Positions 1 through 14,200 of a stretch of 64,000 bases of DNA are shown here, piece after piece. The position numbers were made by a program, and so were the translations under genes. This DNA comes from Trichoplax sp. H2 (taxonomy: Eukaryota): assembly GCA_003344405.1 (NCBI GenBank), contig NOWV01000264.1, forward strand, positions 1 through 64,000, read 5' to 3'. How positions within the stretch are numbered: the first letter of the stretch is position 1; each line of letters starts with the position of its first letter. The notes beneath the pieces are model-generated. The model was not told the DNA's origin and did not search any database. It worked only from the letters and a program-made list of their open reading frames with translations.

Positions 1-120
1 TTTATAGTACACAATCAAAAATGGCCTAATCTAAACCGGAAATTTATTCCCTATTAACACATACTTATACGATAACTATCTTAATTTACTGCTAATTAAT
101 AATCATGCTTCGGTCATTAC

Positions 121-3100
121 TTGTTTGGCAAAAGGTGCCCGTAAAACCAGCTATACATGTACAGTTATAATAATCTGTTCCATAGTTGCTACAAAAGGCT
201 CTATTTTGGCATGGATTGCTACGACAAGGATTCATGTCTGTAAAGTAATTAAATGGATATTTTATTAGATAACAGTTAAAATTATCGCATACACTAATGC
301 AATCTTATAATATCTCAGTACAAACTAGCTTTTACAGATAACTGATAAAGAGAGAAAATGTGCAATAACAAAGAATAGTATAAATTCCATTAAACAAAAA
401 TATGCTTAAGACCTGATTGGCAGTGGACGCCAGTCCAATTACTGAAACACTGACAGGTATATCCATTTACTAAGTCGTGACAAGTCGCTCCATTCATGCA
501 AGGATTAGAATTACATTCATCCACATCTTCAAGTAAACAAGAAAATAAATTATTTTATAACCGTAATCGATAAATACTTTATCTAATTTAAAATCTACTT
601 TATTACCAAGCGATAATGAAATATAATTGTAGCTTAAAGTAATGTTTAAGTAAGATTGCATAGAACAGACTTGTTTGACATTGAATTCCTGTAAATCCAG
701 CCACGCAATTACAAACGTGAGTATCTGGTCCAGTATTGACACAACTTCCTTGATTTATACATGGTGAACTTCGACAGGTATTTAGATCTATTAATTACAT
801 CCAAAAGTATATGTTTTTAGATATCTATCTTACACTGTAATTCCTAACATCAGATTACAAACTATGTTTACTAACCCGATTGGCATTGAACTCCTGTCCA
901 ATTGATCGGACATGAACAGCTGTATTGATTAACTAAATCGTTGCAAGTCGCATTGCCGTAGCATGGATTAGATCCGCACTCATTTATATCTATAAAAATA
1001 TATTTTAAATATATTGTTGGATTATTTCATCTTCTATTATTGTCTAGGAGACTTCAGTCCTTACTTGTTTCACAATTACTTCCTGTATAGCCACTTAGAC
1101 AACTGCATGTATACATGTTAGGCTGTGTATTAGTACATGTTCCACTACCAGAACAAGGAGAACTTCGGCAAGAATTTAAATCTAACAGATTAAATTGAAT
1201 GTAGAACTAAGATTCGTAACTCTATAACATGATAGCGTATCTTTTCATAAACAAATTAGGATGTATTTACCATCTGCACATGTAGTTCCAGTTCTGTCTG
1301 GTGGACAAATACACCGGAAACTATTAACTTGATCTGTGCAATTACCGTGGCGGCAAGGATTGGACTGACATTCATTAATATCTGATAGACAATAACACAA
1401 TCGATTATATGGCAATATTTAGATAGCATCGTTTAAGTTTACTGAGATACTATGTCTTTAGCATTAGTTTATATTAATTATGATTGAAAATAGATATTAC
1501 TTGTTATACAGTTTGTTCCTGTAAAACCGGCAATACATGAGCATTGATAAGCGTTTGCACCAGAGTTAATACATGTCGCACCATTGTGACAAGGAGAGCT
1601 GCGACAGCTGTTTAAATCTAATTTCATTACAAATATAAGTAAATATAAATTGAATGTCTAATTGATATCCGTATTGTTTAGGATGAGGTATTATAAATGT
1701 TTAAATTATTGAATGTTCGATCCACCTCAGTTACATCGACAGCATCATTTTCGATGATTTAAAAATTAATTGTATACGCCAACGTACCTGATTGGCAAGT
1801 ATGACCAGTATAATTAGCCATGCAAATACAATTGTAGCTATTTACACCATCTACGCAAGTTCCTTGATTTTGACATGGATTAGTATTGCAATCGTTGATA
1901 TCTATTGTATTTCAGAAGAGATATTCATTGTATTGATGTTGTTGTAAAACCATTTTACAGATTTAAAATTTTTAATTTTTTCATTTATGTAATAAATAAG
2001 ATAAAGCGTAAAGTTACAAAACCAAGATTTCTAAGACGAACGATACTAGCGATAAATAGATATTTCGTCATCTCAAAGATTATTTTTAGGGATATATTAC
2101 TCACTTGTTTGACATTGCGGACCAGTAAATCCAGTAGCACAAGTACACGCGTACACATCTGGTCCAGTGTTACTACAAGTTGCGCCATTTTTACATGGAC
2201 TGCTACGACAAGAATTTAAGTCTGTAACAATATTAAGGACCGTTTAATATAATTAACACATTATTTCAGCATTGTTTTGTAAGTATTACTTATTCCCATG
2301 TAATCAATCAAAGCAATAAAAACATGTAATATCACATATAATACACTAAAGATTGATACAGCATGTATTTAAAACTACATCAAATCAATCCTTTATCTAA
2401 ATATTTCCATACCTTGACCACATTGTATCCCTGTCCAATCAGATGGACAAAGACAGTCATAACGATTAGCACCATCCACACATGTTGCATAGATATGTCT
2501 ACACGGATTAGAGGCACATTCGTTGATATCTTTAACAAAAACGATAATTATAGACAGAAATATAAGGGAATGCTAATATTAGAAGCAAGTAAAAATCGAT
2601 TTTATACTATCAAATTGATATTATATTAAAACTAACTTATTTCACATATTCTTCCTGTGAAGCCAGTAGGACATGAACATGTATAATTATTGATTCCGTG
2701 ATTTATACAAGTTCCTCCATTCGAGCAGGGCGAAGAGCGGCAAGTGTTTAAATCTTTCAAATATGTAGAAATATACACAATTAATTTGTACGTAATGCTA
2801 CCAAGCCTTATAAATACTAATCATATTTCGATAACAACGCCTTAATTTAATAATATTCATATACATTAGTAACTTTTAATAACCGACCATTTTGACAATG
2901 TATTCCAGTCCAATTTGCTGGACAAGTACAACTATAACCGTTTATTTGATCATTGCAAGTTGCAGTTGATTGAGTGCATGGATTAGATGCACATTCGTTG
3001 ATATCTTAATTAATATCAGGACATGCAATATTGACCAACGTTAGCTAACAATCAATTAAGAATAAAGCAGTAATATATAACGCAACTAACTTGTTTGGCA

Positions 3101-6100
3101 TCGATTTCCTGTATAGCCAGTAACACAAGTACATTGAAACCGATTTGCGCCATTGACACATGTACCACTGTTTTGGCATGGATTGCTACGACAGTAATTT
3201 AAATCTATAGGAAAGTAAGGCGGTTAGAGTACTTAATACCAAGTTTACTAGCGTGGTACATACAATATAAATTTCATAAATATCAAAATATGGCCAAGAT
3301 AAGATTAATACGCCGTTTTTATCACATATCGCTAAATAAAAATTACAGTACTTAAAGAAAGAATCAAAGATGATGAAAAATTTTAGAAATAGATTCTTTC
3401 CTTAATTATTACAGCTAATACTAATTCTATTTGGAAATAAATGAACTGTTGCCAAATTGATATAATTGCTTTGAAGAAAGATGTAATCATTTTAACATTC
3501 TATTCTAATGGTTTGTTATAAATAGAAGACTAATACTGGGTAATAAATTAACAACTACGGAATATTAAATATTTTGCTTTTAGGCTAGCTTTCGCTTTAA
3601 CTAATTTTTCCTATAGCTACTGAGTAAATTACAAGGGTAATTCCATTACATAGTCGTTAGCTCTGTCTTATCACGTAGTTTATTGATAGATATTAAATCA
3701 TTAACTGATTAAAAATTGAGTTTTACAGCTACAGTTGCGAGTATTTACCAGTTTGACAATTACTTCCTGTATAGTCACTTGGACATGTACATTGATACTG
3801 ATCCAGACCAGTATTAGCACAAGTACCGCTGTTTTGGCATGGATTGCTTCGGCAAGAGTTTAAATCTAGTAGCATCAAGATAAACAAGATGGTCATTATC
3901 AAGATTGGCAATACAAAGCATCATCATCCGCAAAATATAAATATAATAAAAATATTAATTTTGTTACTGTACTGTATTTAGAATATACTGTAACTAAATT
4001 CTACTCTTAAATATAGACATTTTATACTGATCTTATATTTAGACATATCTACAGTCTGTTCGCTCTACATTCAAATATGGCTTACTACATTTAGTTATTA
4101 CAGTCCTCGCTATTTTCTATAATCATCTGCTATTCTATAACCCGTTATGGTATATGTTGTATCTAATCCTACAATCATGTTCTCTGCATGCTTTCTAAAG
4201 CTATAGCTATAAATACCGCCGTTTTCTACCTTAGATTTCTTAATTTGCATTATTAGTCACAGTTAGTATTCACACTTTACTCACGGCAGCTACCACGCTG
4301 ATCTACCGTAATTATCACATTGTACCTAACTATTATCTACAATAAAGTATCCTCTTTTCTTAAGCTCCTTGTGCAATTCTCTGCATGGCAACTAAAACCA
4401 CATTAGCTGACTCTTCGAACACTCCATCACAGTTACCATACCGTAACTAACGAATTAAAATAGCAATTATGGAAAGTATCAAAGCTGTGAAGGAATTTAT
4501 ATATAAACTCTATATAAATAATTGCATTTAGATATTCAAGTGATACGATTACAGATTCTGTCCTAGATAATTACTGCATCTAGCGTAATAGGTAGTAGAT
4601 TTATGCTAGTTATTGATGATTTAGTCTTTTTCAGTTACCGTAAACTCTGATTGCAAATTTACCCTTTAGCTAACATCTATAACACTCTACTGCAAATTCC
4701 ATTTCAGTTGTTGCAAATTAAATTTAGGATACTCCTATTTATTGTAAATTTTTGTTATCAATTAAGTCTTATAAGGCTATTAATTAAAATATACTGTAAA
4801 TTTATACCAGTTATTTAAAAGAGACTGCAAATACTTTTCAATTAAATACAGCCATGACTAATCTATAACGATTGCATTTTTGTTACTAATTTATGTTGTA
4901 AATAAGTGTATTTATTTCACTCGAATATGCTATTATTTCGAGTAGATATTTAAAAGAAACTACAAATACTTTAAAATTAAATGCGATCATAATTAATCGG
5001 TAAAGGCTACATCACCGCCACTAATTTATACTGCAAATAAGTTTCCTTAGATTACTCAAGTGTGCTATAATATCAAGTCGATATTTCAGTGTTTTATCTC
5101 GCCGTCTTTTAGACGTATAATTAAAACAATGGTATGAAAATTCTAGATTGTACAGGCTAAAATTATTATTACTGTGTCTAAAACTGTAGTTATTCTAAGT
5201 ATCAACTCTATTCTTACCCTTATCACATAGTGTTCCTGACCAATCTTTAGGACAACTACATGTAAAACCATTGATGCCATCATGGCAAGTTGCGTATAAA
5301 TGTCGACATGGATTCGATTGGCATTCGTTAATATCTACAAGGTATTAAAAGTGATAAGAATACCTTATAATCGAGACAGAGTTAACATTAACAATCTATA
5401 GTTGTAATATAGCATTAACTATTGCTTAAAGTTATCATTATTTAGACGCACTTGTTTGGCAAGTGCTGCCAGTATAGCCAGAAATACATTGACAGGTATA
5501 CGAAGTATAATCACTGGAAGGGGCACAAGAGCCTGAATTTTGGCAAGGTGAACTACCACAAGGATTCAATTCTACAAATAGTCGTTACGTAAATGGTTAT
5601 AAGTTAACAGAATAACATATAAACTATTTATTGATTTATATCTAATCATACAAATATTCGATTTCTACATACTTGTTTGGCAGTGTTTACCAGTATAATC
5701 GGTAGCACATGAACATGTATAAGAACTATAATCGGCAGCAACAATGCAAGTGCCTGAATTTCGGCAAGGTGTACTAAGACAAGGGTCTAGCTCTGTAAAT
5801 ATTGACCGTATAAACAGTATTAAAAATCTAAACCAGCTTAATATTAAATAAATATGAGTAAAGTTTATAAAAACAATCGCTGTTATGCAGCAACAATATC
5901 TGCATATAGAAAGAAATATGACCTGGAACATTTGAAATACTGAGAAACAATCTTATATATCAGTTTTTTGACGAGTTAACATCAGTACTGTACATTTTTC
6001 AGTATAAGATTGAATACTATCATATAGCGAAATATATCCAATCATAAAATATAAAATATGCCAATCAAGTTTTCATATAGCCTTAAACTTTAGAAACTTA

Positions 6101-7660
6101 TAACGTTGAGTCTGTACAGTATTGTAATCTATCAGCTTCCTTTGCTGTTTCAGAATGTGAAAGAATGTGCGAAAATAAAGCAAGACGATCGCACAAAATA
6201 TAGATATTTTGTCTAATGATGATCTTCTTGATAAAATATTTCAATAATTGATCACTTAGCTCATGCTTAATTTTTTATTACATGTCCAGTCATAAACTGT
6301 CATATCGTTGAATACTTACTACTCTGACATAATGTTCCTGTCCAATCACTAGGACAAGTACATGTGAAGCCGTTGATGTTATTATGACATGTTGAATAAA
6401 TATGTTGACACGGATTCGATGCACATTCATTAATATCTTGGAGAAAAAATAATAGAAATAAATATTTCCATAAGCTTAATTATTTATACTGTTAAGTTAA
6501 TCAAATATAAGTTTTCATCAATATAGAAGACTAACCTGTTTGACAATTTGTACCATTATACCCAGGAACACATGCACAATTATAACCACTCGCATTATCG
6601 TGACATGTAGCACCATTTTGACATGGATTACTGTTGCAAGCCACTAAAAAGTATAAATTATACAAAAATCAACAATAATGCTAAATAAACGCTACAGTAA
6701 TTAAGATTATATACTCGGTTAAGTCGAATTCTTATCAAATAGAGAAGAAAACTAACATGATTCACAATTGGTTCCAATGTATTGAGGGGTACAACTGCAA
6801 CTATATTGATCAGGTCCAGTATTACTGCATGTACCGCCATTCTGGCACGGATTATTACGGCAATAGTTAAGATCTATAGATGAAAAGACAGGTAGATGAA
6901 TTTAAAAGGTTATCCCACAGAATTTAATATTACTACTGCAATTACATTTTTTCAATAAGTTTACAATTTACGTGTTTAGTATAAGAGGAACTTGTATAAA
7001 ACTAATCATGTTCTTCTATAACATGATTTTATTCTATCTTGGATATGAAATTGATATTTTTGTCTTATGACAGGATTCTAGCGGGTATTTATCCTATTAA
7101 AGTATCTGTATTATCTATTAAAATCAATTTGCAATTTCTGTGATATAATATGCCGTAGAATATACTTATTCTTCCTGTAGATATTCAAACATCGTAATGA
7201 TGAAAAACCAATCAAATTCTCTTAGCATCAATGTGATTATCATATAGCTATGCTAAATATCGACTTTACCTTTCTCACAGCGAGTTCCTGTCCAATCGTG
7301 TGGACAACTACAAAGATAGGTATTAGCAACAACCGTACATGTCGCATATGGATGTACACATGGGTTCGAAGCACATGCATTAGCTGAATAAAGAAGTACG
7401 ATAGGTAGTTAGATATAACATCGAATAATTTCGAAGTGGCTTTAAATTATGTCAAGTGAAACCTTCCTTCAAAGGTACTGACCAACACAAATAGAGAATC
7501 AAAGTCATAGAAAGTAATAGCTAGATAAATATTATTTTAATACCATTTTCGCAATTTTTTCCTGTATTCTGCGGATGACAGTTACAACTGTAAGCGTCTG
7601 GGCCAGCGTTGGCACAAGTTCCCCCATTTTTACATGGGCTACTTTGGCAACTATTTAAAT
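121..7660 (-). CDS. Gene A EGF array (22 single-exon EGF repeats in window)
   Basis: Six-Cys EGF spacing, e.g. 6757-6873 [39 protein letters not shown] and 3749-3865 [39 protein letters not shown]; phase-1 introns between repeats. Confidence 0.92.
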
Positions 7661-9246
7661 CTGTACGTAGTCAAAAGATTAGTAATCGGACATTCTTCAT
7701 TAGCTTATAATGTTATTAGCAGTCTACAGACTTTAGGCTGATAACAGGCTACAAATAACGAAAGTAATATCGCAGTAATTTAAGTTAATTATTAAATGAT
7801 TGTAAATTATACTACTAATTGATGATACATGATTCGTAATAAGCCGTGATTAGTACAGGTTTTATCCAGGCAATTAATAAAGTTGTATAAAAATGTGGAT
7901 ATACTGTAAATCTACTAATTAACTTTAACAATTTTAGTGAAGTCTACATAAGCATCTACGATGGTATTAGTTAGTCCTTGGAGAATTACAGTCAAATGCT
8001 AATAACTCTCTGCTTGTATATTCTATACAGAAAGATAAGAAACAGTCCTTTGCAAGAACTTAGTCACATACTAATAACTCTCTACTCGTATATTAGACAA
8101 AGGAAGATAGGAATCAGCCCTTTAAAATAGCTTTAATATGCTATACGTATGGGATGTGGAATAAACGTCTAACACTGGATTAAGATAAGATCTCTTTTAT
8201 AATTAAATATCGCGTAATCTGTTTACCTTGATTACAGTTTGAACCTGTCCATTGTGAACAACATTTAACCTCAGCTTGAAAACTAAGAAATGATTTCTTG
8301 ATTATTGGTCGTGTTCCTTCTAATCTATACTGAGATTTAGCACCAGAAACAAGATAAAGGCCGTGACTGAATATATCTAATAGATCATCGGCACCTTCTT
8401 GAAAGTCCTTATCCATCACTTTAATATGGAGGTTTACATAACCCTATAGATTGTAAAAATTAAAATTTTTACTGCGTTGGTAAGTAAAACGACAGGAATT
8501 TAAACGACAGGAATTTAAACGACAGGAATTTAAACTAATATAGTCGATAATATAATTAATGAAATATCTTATCTTAGTAAATTTACCGTATAGGATTGGA
8601 TTGTAAAGTTAAGAGGGTTTGTTTGGCTTGTACTATTCATAACTTCACCAATAGAAAATGACACATTTTGACTCCTTTCCCAATACTTGGTTGTAAAGCT
8701 ACCAATAGTACAAGGATCGGTTGAAGTTTGGGTGTTTAGACAAATAATAAAGTAATATTCACAGGCAGAAAAATTGTCACATTTGTCTCCATTATAATTT
8801 CGTTCGTCCGGGTTCCAGTAATGATCAAATTGTAAAGTAAATTCAGCATGGCTAGTAGTAGAACAAGCGCTAGCCTAAATACATACAAAGATTATAAAAT
8901 AGAATAGGGCGATGAATATATTCGTTCTACCATTCTTTTAATAGTGTTGTTAGATTGATTCTACAGCAATAGAAATATTATAACATTTAAAATAATTGTA
9001 CTACTTCTACTTTCTACATATAATTTTATAGACTAGGAAAAACAGATAGCCCTGAAGTTTACTTTACATGATATAAATCTAGCATCACTCCATTCGTGTA
9101 TTATCCACAGAACAAGAAAAAAATTTTAAAAACAATATATTATCAGACCAATCAAAAATATCTTGTAGTCATTCCAAACTTATTCGACTTACCTCAACAG
9201 ATATTGTAAAGGCTAAAAGAAGCAATAATACAAACAAAACTTTCAT
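121..9246 (-). CDS. Gene A: Notch-ligand-family (Jagged/Delta-like) protein with signal peptide, C2/MNNL, vestigial DSL and >=22 EGF repeats; 3' part lies left of the window
   Basis: 25 GT-AG exons spliced by eye, in transcription order: 9193-9246, 8587-8874, 8227-8443, then single-EGF phase-1 exons 7544-7660, 7270-7383, 6757-6873, 6536-6643, 6320-6436, 5673-5792, 5452-5571, 5218-5334, 3749-3865, 3091-3204, 2888-3004, 2637-2753, 2413-2529, 2105-2221, 1788-1901, 1501-1617, 1271-1381, 1065-1181, 876-989, 671-787, 413-526, 121-237. All EGF exon lengths are multiples of 3. The last exon ends in a GT donor, so the gene continues. Confidence 0.9.
3986..4426. repeat. Dispersed ~430 bp direct repeat, copy 1 (intron of gene A)
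   Basis: Near-identical to 10851-11287 (aatatagacatttt...tcttatatttagacatatctacagtctgttcgctctacattcaaatatggc...ctctgcatggcaactaaaacc), same orientation, scattered substitutions. Confidence 0.9.
8227..8874 (-). CDS. Gene A exons 2-3: C2/MNNL domain plus single-loop DSL remnant
   Basis: 8587-8874 reads [62 protein letters not shown]...[11 protein letters not shown]. 8227-8443 reads [23 protein letters not shown]...[18 protein letters not shown]. This matches the N-terminal pattern of Delta/Jagged ligands (N..G..G.C..C..FF.VCL...PCT.G...T...NP). Confidence 0.85.
8487..8535. repeat. Perfect 15-bp tandem repeat (aaacgacaggaattt)x3 in gene A intron 2
   Basis: Three exact copies plus a partial aaac, read directly. 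Confidence 0.9.
9193..9246 (-). CDS. Gene A exon 1: start codon and signal peptide
   Basis: [18 protein letters not shown] then GTAAGT donor, phase 0; in frame with the C2 exon. Confidence 0.85.
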
Positions 9247-10850
9247 GGTTGGAGTGCAGATAACTGTTTCGATTAAGTACAATAAAATCAGCTATAAAAT
9301 TGCTTTCAATGATGTAGTCTTTACTAGTAGCCATAAGTGGCAACCGCCAACTTGAGTATAACCCGCTAATTAACCAGACACGTTTCTTCTCCAATTAATA
9401 GCGAGGTATAAAAAGCAGAGGCTTTCACCTATAATATCGAACCAAATTAATAGCTATGCTATAAAATATAATAGCGGTAAAATTAAATCAACAATTTCTA
9501 AGTTATTTAATAGTTAATTTAGGCGAGAAGAAATATTATCGATCGCTATCGGTAAGCTATTTGCCATCGCTATTTCTATAAATCTCTCAAACATTTAGCT
9601 TTAGGGTGTGACGAAAGTTTACCCATGAGTGACAGAGTGATTAAGTCAACAAATAATAAAATAGATTCAGTATGCAGATCGAGAATCTGTAACGAACATT
9701 TTAAGCGAAGTACAGAAATCTTTCACTGGCGAAGTAATAAACGGTGATAGAAGTTGAACTTAATCCTATTATTTAAGAATATTAGGTAGGCAGTCTTATT
9801 AAAACGTTACTGGATAATCATTCAAGACTATTTTGTAGTGAAGGAATATTTAATTTATAACTAAAAGTCAGACTCAAATTCGATGTTTACTCAAATATGC
9901 CACTAAGCTGACGGCAAAATCAAGAACTTGGGGTCATATTAACTTTAAATCAAAGTAACTATTACATGATTATTTAGGATCTAACACCCATCACCTTAAA
10001 GATAAATGACATCTATAGGATTTTCGATTTCTGCAATTGACCAATTTATAAGTTTACAAGTTAAATATGGCATTAACTGCGTCATTATAGTTAACTTAAG
10101 GCGAGGATGGGAAATGATCAGTTTAAGTCTAGACAGCATACGAGTTGTAGATTTGAATCTGACATCTACTTCGATAGCAACTGTAATCAAGTGTCGGTAA
10201 CGACCAGACCAATAAAGTAAGACTATAGCGGTGATTTTCTAAGTATACTTGGCTGATTCTAGAGATATCAAATAGATTGATGCTGTTATTTCTATCTTGG
10301 TACGTAGTGTTAATTAAAGTACGGGAACATCATAAAGCTGTAAGCCGGCTACAAAATTTCAAATAGTTAGACTATAAACTTCATTATAAAGGTGTTCAGT
10401 AAATATATCATGGCTTTAAAATAATAACTTTGTAGGTTTAGTTAAAGACCCGATGATATAGATCTATTCACGCTAAAAGACTTTACAGCTACTAGTGACG
10501 CTATCAAATCAATCTCTCTCTAGAAGCTTGACCGTTTAATACAAACAAAGCTAATATCGGACAGTAATATCAAAATCTAATCATGTTTAAATAGGAAGTT
10601 TAGTACATTGTTTATAATTTATTATCGAAACTGGAAACAAAATTTTAGAATACAATTATTTAAACTACCTTGAAATAAGATTAGAATGTGATAGAATTTA
10701 AGCAGAAATAGCAATTAATACAACCACCTGTTTTGACTGACATTGTGAGTGGAGTTTAAATTAAGTTTCACAATCTAATTCAAGTTATTGAAATAACTTA
10801 AAGATTTACTTAATTAAACTTATGATCAAATTTGTAGTGTATTTGGATTG

Positions 10851-11287
10851 TACTGTAACTGTAATCTACTGATAAATATAGACATTTTGTACTGATCTTA
10901 TATTTAGACATATCTACAGTCTGTTCGCTCTACATTCAAATATGGCTTACTACATTTAGTTATTACAGTCCTCGCTATTTTCTATAATCATCTGCTATTC
11001 TATAACCCGTTATGGTATATGTTGTATCTAATCCTACAATCATGTTCTCTGCATGTGTCCTAATGCCATAGCTATAAATACCGCCGTTTTCTACCTTAGA
11101 TTTCTTAATTTGCATTATTAGTCACAGTTAGTATTCACACTTTACTCACGGCAGCTACCACGCTGATCTACCGTAATTATCACATTGTACCTTACTCTCT
11201 ACAATAAAGTATCCTCTTTTCTTAAGCTCCTTGTGCAATTCTCTGCATGGCAACTAAAACCTCATTATCTGACTCTCCGAACCCTCC
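10851..11287. repeat. Dispersed ~430 bp direct repeat, copy 2 (A/B intergenic region)
   Basis: Near-identical to 3986-4426; ends approximate. Confidence 0.9.
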
Positions 11288-14200
11288 TGCACAAAATTAA
11301 ATTGTGCTTTTAAGTGCCGTCATTTTAGTCATCTTTAAAAAGGCATTCCCCTTACACCTAATTTGACCATGATAACTTCAAGAATAGTAATTAAAACTTA
11401 CCAGGAACTTCTTGATTGATGAACGGAAAAATATGATCGAGATTTGAGAGCTGTACACTCTCTTGAATAATAATAATATATGAAATAAGCTTTAGGTAAC
11501 TACTTCCGATTATAGCTTTGCTTACTGAAATGTTCAGTTGATCTCATTGATAACGAGTGGAATAATGCAATTCATCTAGATCGTATGCTAGATCGAAATA
11601 TCTACAACTATGATTATATCTTAGCTTAAATGTAGATAGTTTTCTAAGGATACTATGAAATCAATTTAGATAGAGTTTATCATAGTAATTGTATAATAGT
11701 ATGACGAACCCAGACAATAATAATTATAAGTAGAAGTGGCGCTAAGAATTCTACATTACCCTCTCTTAGCGTAGGATTAGACAATAACATAATACATAAT
11801 TCATGATCATTATAGAAACAATTGAAGTGATTTCCATATTAATAATCCGATTGGAAAGCTTACCTAATAATAGATTAGTGTCAAGCTAATATATAAGTTT
11901 ATCGTTTGTTTATTTCATATTAAACTATACATACAATTCTATACTTTTATTGATATATGAGTAGGGCTTAGAACTCGACCCTATTACGGCATGACTTTTG
12001 TAGAGTCTACGCCCATATTCTGACGAAAGAATCTCTTTCTGTTACTAAGCAACGGTTAATTTCCAACACCTAGACTTTTATGGCATGATATTCTCTCATT
12101 TGTGGTAATGATAAGCCATATTATATTCTTTCTTCCTGAACTAATTATCATATAATAGGCATCTATTTATTAACTCAATGCATTGGGGTGACAGCAATGA
12201 ATTAAATCACTAGATTTAATCTAGAAGCTACTTGATTACTAGAATATTAACATCAAGATGGTTGATTAATCTTTTAGAAAGGAGATTTATTGTGGGCTTT
12301 GGTCCAGACATTAGCGAAAGTAAGATTACAATGTACTATTAATGACTACACGTATTTCCCAATCAGTTTCCATACCGTACGTCATTATAATATGGTAATC
12401 ATATTTTAATTACACAGTACGCAATATATTGTGTAAAGTATTAAAGTAGGTAAATCAGTTCCCTCTACCGTTATTGGGTAAAAGTTAAAAGCTCTGTACA
12501 CAAGTTTTACGTCAAGACTATACGACACACTAATAGCTCTTATTTAATTACACCATACAGTATGCTATACACTGATTAAAATAGGTGCTATTTCATAGAT
12601 TGCTTATAATCCGATACGGTAGGATTAAAATTAGCTTTTGTACACGTACTTGAAATTTATCACCGTAATGATCTTATTTTATTAATGGAGTAACCCTATA
12701 CCACACCATCCTAGTTATAATTATAATAATACACAGCCTAATTACTATAGTCAATCTAAATAGCCTTAAAATAAATTGTCTATTAATAGTATCATATATT
12801 ATCTTATTAACTGATGTCAAGAGTAAAGAAACTAGCATTTTCCAGGAAGTCAAAATTAATAGGATCTCATACGTATATCTAGAATGCAAGAACGATAATG
12901 CAGTATTCTTATTCCTGCAGTAGCAATTACAGCATTTAGCAAACAATAATACTAACGGTTACTTTAATTCTATATTGGTAAATTTTTGATGTAATTTTTA
13001 TTATGAAATTATACACGCTTGTCACAAATCTTCCTACGACACTTGTACTATCAAGGCTAGCTAGCAACTACTAATCTACTTACTGTCACCGACTATTCTT
13101 CAAACTGACTCTTGATGAATAGTACAGACTAAGACTAACTTTCTTAATCACAGTGAGAGACTATTTGATAGCGTTTAGAGTTACTTTATTATTTATCAGC
13201 TCAGATCACTAGGTGAAAGAATTTTTTGTGCTTAGGCTTTATTATTGTCAGAAAAAATTGTAACGTATCTAAGGTTACTCTCATTATCATAGTTCACAGT
13301 TAATATTAGAAGCTCCATTCATAACCTTTGCTTGATAGTTCACCAAAGACCTGATTAACGTCTAAAGAATCTACGATATAGAATTAGCTTGACAATTTGC
13401 CAAGATCGATCGAAAAGTCCCAGCAACTCAATAAATTTTAGCAGATTTTCTCTTTGACTATCGATTTTTAGTTACACCCTGACAAGTTAATTCTTTAAAG
13501 GTGTTAAAAATAGAATAAGAATAAATATAAAATTGAATATTACCTGTGTATTGATTTATTTTATTACCTTTAAAATATAGCACATCTTGTGTGTAAAAAG
13601 TTTGAAGAGTATTTATGATCTTTTTATTAAGTTTTTAATATTAGAGTCAATGATGTCTGTGTGATTGTTCTCAAACTATGTCAAGAGGATAGCGAACACA
13701 TTAGAAAGTGTGTATTTATTGAAGATCAAACTGAATGCGCACGTAGACTTTTAAACTGAGACTATTTTTCGTTGCTTAACTAACTTTAAGCTATTCTATG
13801 ACCTAGAATCATAATATTTAGGTTTTAGAGTATTAAGTATATCCTATTACATAAATGTTACATCAGTACACTAATTATAACATATACGCTAATACTTCGT
13901 TTACTATAATAATCTAATCTGGAATATTCTAACAATTAATTACGATATGATACTGTGAATGCATTAAAAAAAAATTTCATACATATGCAGATAATTTTTT
14001 AGAGCTGCTAACTTTTAAGACTTTGAGTTTATGGCGTTAACAATAACTAAATAGAATGAAATCAAAATTTATTTCATTGCTAACGATTATGATATAATCT
14101 GCAATTGTGTAGCGTTAAATATACTTAGACTATAGTTGTATCTAGCCACGATGACCATTTTACCAGATTATTTAAACGTCATTCAAATAGAATCGAAATC

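Noticed and set aside
9996..12946. Short intergenic ORFs (9996, 10006, 12674)
   Set aside because: AT-driven composition, no recognisable domain or splice context.
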